Assembly (NCBI GenBank): GCA_042569595.1 | Contig: JBHPHI010000001.1 | Span: forward strand, 8,326 to 72,325 | From: Patescibacteria group bacterium | GTDB lineage: Bacteria > Patescibacteriota > Microgenomatia > UBA1400 > 2-01-FULL-45-11 | Direction of reading: 5' to 3' | Length of the DNA stretch: 64,000 nucleotides | Part shown: in pieces, positions 59,156 to 64,000 of the stretch | How the letters are laid out: each line of letters starts with the position of its first letter | Numbering within the stretch: position 1 is the stretch's first letter | Notes under the pieces: generated by a model | What the model was told of the DNA's origin: nothing | The model's database searches: none | The model's input: only the letters and a program-made list of their open reading frames with translations | Position numbers and translations under genes: made by a program

Positions 59156-60169
59156 CTAGCTCTTCCTTATCTTCTTCTCCATCTTCTTACGATCAGCCTC
59201 TTTAAATCCTCCCACCACTGTTATTGGAGCTTTTATTGGTCCATACGGACTATAGTTCTCTACCTTAATATCTTCAAACTTAAATTTATCTATATCCTTT
59301 ACTTTCGGATTAAGATTTAAAACTGGAAACTTTTTAGGCCTGCGAGCTACTTGCTCCTTAACTTGTTTGAAGTGATTCTCGTATATATGAGCATCTCCAA
59401 ATGTATGCACAAAATATCCAGGCTTATACCCAGTCACCTGCGCAAGCATCATGGTCAAAAGCGCATATGAAGCAATATTGAAAGGCACTCCCAAAAACAT
59501 GTCTGCAGATCTTTGATAAAGCTGCAAACTCAAAGTCCCCTCTTTTTTATTCACATTTACATGGAAAAAAGTATGGCATGGAGCTATAACCATACTCTCG
59601 CCCGGTCTTGCCATCTCGTATATATACTCAGGATTCCAGGCAGAAACAATATAGTGTTTCTTTTGAGGTTTAAGTGCAATTTTCTCTATTACCCACTTCA
59701 GCTGATCTATGTGTTTTTTGTCACGAGTCGGCCAATTTCTCCACTGATATCCATATACAGGTCCAATTTCTCCCCATTTATTAGCAAATCTATCGCTATC
59801 TTTAATTTTATTTCGAAAATCCTCAAGTGATAACTCTTTTTCTTTCCCACTTTTTACCGCTTCTTGGTAGTTTTTATAACCCCAATCATCCCAAATATGC
59901 ACTTTGTTTCGGGTTAAATAAGACACATTTGTACTTCCAGATAGAAACCAGAGTAATTCGTGAATTATTCCACGCACAAATACTTTTTTTGTAGTTAGAA
60001 GTGGAAATCCTTTCGAAAGATCAAATCGCATCTGTGCGCCAAAAACACTTTTTAACTTTACACCAGTACTATGACTCACCTTCCAAGTACCATTTTTCAT
60101 AATGTCAGAAAGCAAATCTAAATACTGATATTCTGGATGTTTTGGCCTTGGCATGGGGTTTTTCCTCAA
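59156..60169 (-). CDS. thyA: thymidylate synthase (ThyA type, long form with insertion)
   Basis: ...IHELLWFLSG.TN..., catalytic APCH, ...YQRSADMFLGVPFNIASYALL... (Asn of PFNIASY = dUMP-specific). Confidence 0.93.
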   Translation of the reverse strand: MRKNPMPRPKHPEYQYLDLLSDIMKNGTWKVSHSTGVKLKSVFGAQMRFDLSKGFPLLTTKKVFVRGIIHELLWFLSGSTNVSYLTRNKVHIWDDWGYKNYQEAVKSGKEKELSLEDFRNKIKDSDRFANKWGEIGPVYGYQWRNWPTRDKKHIDQLKWVIEKIALKPQKKHYIVSAWNPEYIYEMARPGESMVIAPCHTFFHVNVNKKEGTLSLQLYQRSADMFLGVPFNIASYALLTMMLAQVTGYKPGYFVHTFGDAHIYENHFKQVKEQVARRPKKFPVLNLNPKVKDIDKFKFEDIKVENYSPYGPIKAPITVVGGFKEADRKKMEKKIRKS

Positions 60170-60293
60170 CTAATTATATTGTTTATAATACTCAATATAA
60201 CACAATTATCATTTGTAAAAACTTAATGAAATTGTAATGCGTTCTCACTAAACTCGAACTAAGCACGCAATTTTTTTACGATACAATACACAC

Positions 60294-60812
60294 ATGCAAG
60301 TATTTATTATTTCAGCCCTATCAGCCGATGGTTTTATTGCCAAATCAGACCAAGAACCATCTACCAGGTGGACCAGCTCCGAAGATACTAAATTCTTTCA
60401 AGAAAAAACAAAGCAGGCAGGTGTTGTTGTATATGGATCCAAAACTTTTGACACAATTCCATACAAGTACAAACCTCTCAAAGAGAGGTTAAACGTCATT
60501 TACACCAACAGCCCAGATAAATACGAAGATTATAATCAAAACGAACTCATCACAACGTCAGACGAGCCAAAAACATTAATCGAGAAACTAAAAACCCTCG
60601 GTCATGAGTCCATTGCAATATGTGGTGGCACCAGCATTTACTCCCTATTTATTAGTTCTGGATTGGTTACAAAATTATTTTTAACAATTGAGCCAGTTTT
60701 ATTTGGATCAGGAACCACCCTATTTGACAGCCAAATAGACAAAAAGCTAAAGTTAGTAAAAGTTCACAATCTATCGGACCAATCAATTGTCCTAGAATAC
60801 GACCTAAAATGA
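60294..60812 (+). CDS. folA: dihydrofolate reductase-family protein (RibD_C-like)
   Basis: ...ISALSADGFIA..., ...VVYGSKTFDTIP..., ...ICGGTSIYSLF.... TACAAT (60282-87) lies 6 nt upstream of the ATG. Confidence 0.7.
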   Translation: MQVFIISALSADGFIAKSDQEPSTRWTSSEDTKFFQEKTKQAGVVVYGSKTFDTIPYKYKPLKERLNVIYTNSPDKYEDYNQNELITTSDEPKTLIEKLKTLGHESIAICGGTSIYSLFISSGLVTKLFLTIEPVLFGSGTTLFDSQIDKKLKLVKVHNLSDQSIVLEYDLK

Positions 60813-60876
60813 TTTGACGACTTCAAACCACTATATGCCCTGCCCAACATATTAATATTTATTATTTCACCAAACT

Positions 60877-62130
60877 ATGAACTATTTAGACAAAACAGAC
60901 AAACAAATCCAAAACTTAATTGAAAAAGAAACAGATAGATTAAAAAACACTCTCATGCTGATCCCCAGCGAAAACTACGCCTCAAAAGCTGTAGAAGAAG
61001 CCGTTGGCTCTACTCTAGGGAATAAATATGCAGAAGGTTACCCAACCAAGAGGTACTACCAAGGACAAGAATACGTTGACCAAGTCGAAATACTTGCTCA
61101 AGAAAGAGCAAAAAAACTTTTCAACGTACCTCACGTAAACGTTCAACCATATTCAGGATCTCCAGCTAATGCCGCTGTATATTTCAACCTTTTAAACCCC
61201 GGCGACAAAATCATGGGTTTAAAACTAAGCAGTGGGGGTCATCTCACTCACGGACACCCAAACATCACTTTTTCTGGAAAATATTACAAGTCCGTTCAGT
61301 ATGAAGTAAAAGAAAATGGAGTCATAGATTATGATGCTTTAGAAAAATTTGCCAAAAAAGAAAAACCAGCCATTATTGTCGCAGGCACTACTGCCTATCC
61401 AAGAACACTAAACTTCAAAAGGTTTGCACAAATTGCAGATGCAGTTGGAGCCTATCTTCTTGCAGACATTTCCCATATTGCAGGGCTCATAGTTGCAGGA
61501 ACTCACCCCTCACCATCCCCATTCGCACACATTGTTATGACCACCACACATAAAACCCTAAGAGGTCCAAGGGGAGCTATGATTATGGTCACAAACAAAG
61601 GTCTTAAAAAAGATGAAAGCTTGTCTAAAAAAATTGACAAAGCAGTCTTTCCTGGACTTCAGGGTGGACCACACCTAAACACCATTGCAGGCATAGCGGT
61701 AGCCCTAAAAGAAGCTTCTACTAAAAAGTTTGAAAAGTACGGCCACCAAGTTGTAAAAAATTCCAAAACCCTTTCTCAAGCCCTCATGGATGGAGGACTA
61801 GATATTGTCACCAAAGGAACAGACAACCACCTTATGGTTGCAGACTTAAGACCTCTAAACATCAAAGGCAAAGACGGCGCAGTATTACTTGAAGAAGCTG
61901 GGATTATCACCAACTACAACACTGTTCCATTTGACCCAAGCCCCCCATACAACCCCTCAGGAATTCGGCTTGGAACTCCAGCAATCACTACTAGAAAAAT
62001 GAAAGAGCCTCAAATGAGATATGTCGGCAGACTAATCTCCAAGGTTCTCAAAAAAGAAATATCAGCAGATGTAGCTAAAAAAGACGTTGGGGATCTTTGC
62101 GCAAAATTCCCTATTCCAGAAAAATATTAA
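60877..62130 (+). CDS. glyA: serine hydroxymethyltransferase
   Basis: ...LIPSENY.S..V.EA.GS.L.NKYAEGYP..RYY.G..., TTTHKTLRGPRG (PLP Lys). Confidence 0.96.
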   Translation: MNYLDKTDKQIQNLIEKETDRLKNTLMLIPSENYASKAVEEAVGSTLGNKYAEGYPTKRYYQGQEYVDQVEILAQERAKKLFNVPHVNVQPYSGSPANAAVYFNLLNPGDKIMGLKLSSGGHLTHGHPNITFSGKYYKSVQYEVKENGVIDYDALEKFAKKEKPAIIVAGTTAYPRTLNFKRFAQIADAVGAYLLADISHIAGLIVAGTHPSPSPFAHIVMTTTHKTLRGPRGAMIMVTNKGLKKDESLSKKIDKAVFPGLQGGPHLNTIAGIAVALKEASTKKFEKYGHQVVKNSKTLSQALMDGGLDIVTKGTDNHLMVADLRPLNIKGKDGAVLLEEAGIITNYNTVPFDPSPPYNPSGIRLGTPAITTRKMKEPQMRYVGRLISKVLKKEISADVAKKDVGDLCAKFPIPEKY

Positions 62131-62132
62131 CT

Positions 62133-62154
62133 AAAAAGCCCCGCAATGCGGGGC
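62133..62154 (-). terminator. rho-independent terminator after ybaB (also closes glyA)
   Basis: GCCCCGC aat GCGGGGC; the A-run 62133-37 on + gives a U-tract on the minus transcript. Confidence 0.75.
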
Positions 62155-62177
62155 TAAATTAAAAATCTATTAGTTTT

Positions 62178-62441
62178 TTAAGATCCCATGCTCATAGCTT
62201 GAAGCTTTTTTGCAGCCATTTCTTGAGACTTTTTGATCGCTTTGTTTAGCACTGAAACTGCCTGATCTGAAGTAACTCCCTGAACAGAGAATTCTTTTAT
62301 TTTCTGGTCACCAGTAATTACTACCTTAATATCACCCTCCTCTACAACTACCTCCTCTGCAGAAAGTTGTTTTTGGATTTGTTGAGCTTGATCTCTTAGT
62401 TTTTTAAGATCTCCAAGCCCTTTTAATGGATTAAATGCCAT
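62178..62441 (-). CDS. ybaB: YbaB/EbfC nucleoid-associated protein
   Basis: ...LKKLRDQAQQIQKQL....V..E.GDIKVVITGDQKIKEF... pattern, 87 aa, downstream of dnaX. Confidence 0.88.
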   Translation of the reverse strand: MAFNPLKGLGDLKKLRDQAQQIQKQLSAEEVVVEEGDIKVVITGDQKIKEFSVQGVTSDQAVSVLNKAIKKSQEMAAKKLQAMSMGS

Positions 62442-62515
62442 GATCTACCTTTATAAAAAATAATTTCTAACAATCTCATGTATTCTAGGCTAAAATCACC
62501 AATTTGGTCAACCAA

Positions 62516-64000
62516 CTAACCAAATATCTCTTCAGCAGCTTCCGCCAACTCACTATCTGCGGGCTTTTTTGCCTCTTCAGTTTTTGCTACCACCCTAGGC
62601 TTCACGCCTGATTGGCCCAAAACATAATAAAGCCTCACCTTTAATCCAAACAACTCACTCATTACATCTTCAACAGCTGCTCTGTGCTTCTCTTCTTCTA
62701 GCCTATCTTTATGAAACTTATAAAAAACCTCAACAATCACTTCAGAGCCTTTAGTCTCTTTTGGTCTGCTGGCACGAAGCAATGCCTCCAAACTGTGATT
62801 AAGTGGTCTTACTCCAGCTAAAACTTCAGGCCATCTCTTATTCACTTCGTCATGATTCAAATCCCCCTCTTCATATTCCTTTCTAGGCTTAGGAGATGGC
62901 TTCTCGGGCTGTTTTCGTTCAACTTTAGAAACAACAGGTGGAATCGATTGTCTAGGCTTTCGTAAGGGCCTCGAAGATTTCACAAATTTTGCTTCTGCTT
63001 TCTTTTTTTCCCCAATATTTTCCTCATTTGCACCAACTCCCTCATAACCAAGACACCACTCCACCGCAGCCAACTCCAAAGGAAGTTGAGGTAAATACGC
63101 ATCTTTTATGTTTAATCCTGCTTCTGATACCAACTTTGACATGACTAATAAATCATTTTGCTTCCCTGTTGGTTTTTGAATTTCTGAAATAAGTTTTTCT
63201 CTCAATGTTTCCATCAGTCTTTTAGTTAGTACTGCAAAATCTACACCCATTCCCTCAAGATGATTTAGTATTTCAAGGACAGACTTCACATCTTTATTCA
63301 AAAGTTTTTCAACAAGTTTTTCTGTATCATACAACCCAGTTCTCTGGGTCAATTCACTTACTGCTTCGTCTGATATTTTTTTCCCTCCAGAGGCAAGTTG
63401 CTCTAACATCTTCATTCCATCACGAAAACTTCCATCCACCGATTCTGATAAAAGCTTGAGGCTCTCATCAGACATCTTAAGACCTTCGCCTTTTACAGCT
63501 TTCATCAAGCTTCCTTTTACTTCTTCAGCTGTCGCTTTTGGGTAAAGAACCTGCGTACATCTTGAAACTACAGTCTGAGGCAGCTTATGAAACTCGGTAG
63601 TACAAAGCGCGAATATTGCATGATCAGGCGGCTCTTCCAAAGTTTTAAGCAGTGCATTGAAAGCCTCCGTAGTTAACATGTGCACTTCGTCAATAATATA
63701 TACGATAAATTTTCCTTCTGCGGGAGCTAGTCCAATTTTTTCGCGTAAAGACCGAATGTCGTCTATTCCCCTATTGCTCGCCGCATCCATTTCCACAACA
63801 GAAAGGCTTGCACTACTTGTAATTTTTTTACACATTCCACACGCATTACATGGTTCATTTAAAGGTTTTGAGGAAGAAACTGCCTTTGCATTTTTCTCAC
63901 AATTTAATAGCTTTGCCAAAATTCTTGCAGAGCTAGTTTTTCCTGTTCCGCGGGGACCAGAAAATAAATATGCATGAGAAAATTTGCCACTTTTAAGCAA
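62516..64000 (-). CDS. dnaX: DNA polymerase III subunit gamma/tau, N-terminus cut by the window edge
   Basis: HAYLFSGPRGTGKTS, Zn module C..C...C..C, IIDEVHMLT, ...LKTLEEPP..., SRC. The ORF runs to position 64000. Confidence 0.93.
   Translation of the reverse strand: MLKSGKFSHAYLFSGPRGTGKTSSARILAKLLNCEKNAKAVSSSKPLNEPCNACGMCKKITSSASLSVVEMDAASNRGIDDIRSLREKIGLAPAEGKFIVYIIDEVHMLTTEAFNALLKTLEEPPDHAIFALCTTEFHKLPQTVVSRCTQVLYPKATAEEVKGSLMKAVKGEGLKMSDESLKLLSESVDGSFRDGMKMLEQLASGGKKISDEAVSELTQRTGLYDTEKLVEKLLNKDVKSVLEILNHLEGMGVDFAVLTKRLMETLREKLISEIQKPTGKQNDLLVMSKLVSEAGLNIKDAYLPQLPLELAAVEWCLGYEGVGANEENIGEKKKAEAKFVKSSRPLRKPRQSIPPVVSKVERKQPEKPSPKPRKEYEEGDLNHDEVNKRWPEVLAGVRPLNHSLEALLRASRPKETKGSEVIVEVFYKFHKDRLEEEKHRAAVEDVMSELFGLKVRLYYVLGQSGVKPRVVAKTEEAKKPADSELAEAAEEIFG

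Noticed and set aside
59156-60169. ThyA homolog acting as a pyrimidine hydroxymethylase (MilA or phage dCMP/dUMP-HMase-like) feeding a modified-base pathway together with the NDT-fold genes.
   Set aside because: The specificity-determining Asn is retained (PFNIASY), as is the APCH catalytic Cys. The gene also sits with DHFR-family and glyA genes, which is the canonical dTMP cycle. There is no positive evidence for hydroxymethylase chemistry.

Overview
AT-rich, gene-dense bacterial chromosome segment using the standard code (TGA is a stop, e.g. 17644-17646). I found no rRNA, CRISPR array, transposase or phage structural genes. Gene content points to a reduced-genome Patescibacteria/CPR-like bacterium; this is an inference, not a search result. 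That content includes a compact type IV pilus cluster, a Xer-type recombinase, many small secreted or membrane hypotheticals, nucleotide-salvage-type enzymes and very little biosynthesis.

Layout:
- 28-5744 (-): pilD, pilin, pilC, pilT, pilB.
- 5.8-20 kb (mostly +): holB-like, gyrB-ppaC-gyrA, alr, ddl, DNA alkylation repair.
- 21.2-24.5 kb: repeat-bracketed light/UV-stress cassette (TspO, DUF2177, pyrimidine-dimer glycosylase, DUF1295).
- 24.6-27 kb: envelope-stress proteins (PspC, DUF2807).
- 27.2-30.7 kb: tyrosine recombinase, a leaderless TIM-barrel gene flanked by hairpin repeats, and a 1.1 kb ORF-free gap between convergent genes.
- 31-41 kb: yebC, LCP, tgt, rluA-family, lspA, dksA-like, lgt, efp, tRNA-Leu(CAA), dnaB.
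- 42.3-43.8 kb: hisS preceded by a candidate His-rich leader-peptide attenuator.
- 44-53 kb: eno, rpmE, prfA, htrA, ctp, rpsF-ssb-rpsR, cysS.
- 53.2-57.5 kb: three tandem paralogs, each a DNPH1/Rcl-like (nucleoside deoxyribosyltransferase fold) domain fused to a C-terminal ribbon-helix-helix tail. They are interleaved with a PfkB kinase and a zf-HC2/SAM-methyltransferase fusion. This is my best candidate for an undescribed system.
- 57.5-64 kb: recR, then a DUF62/thyA/folA/glyA block that splits the usual dnaX-ybaB-recR operon.

All family assignments come from motif recognition by eye. No database search was run.
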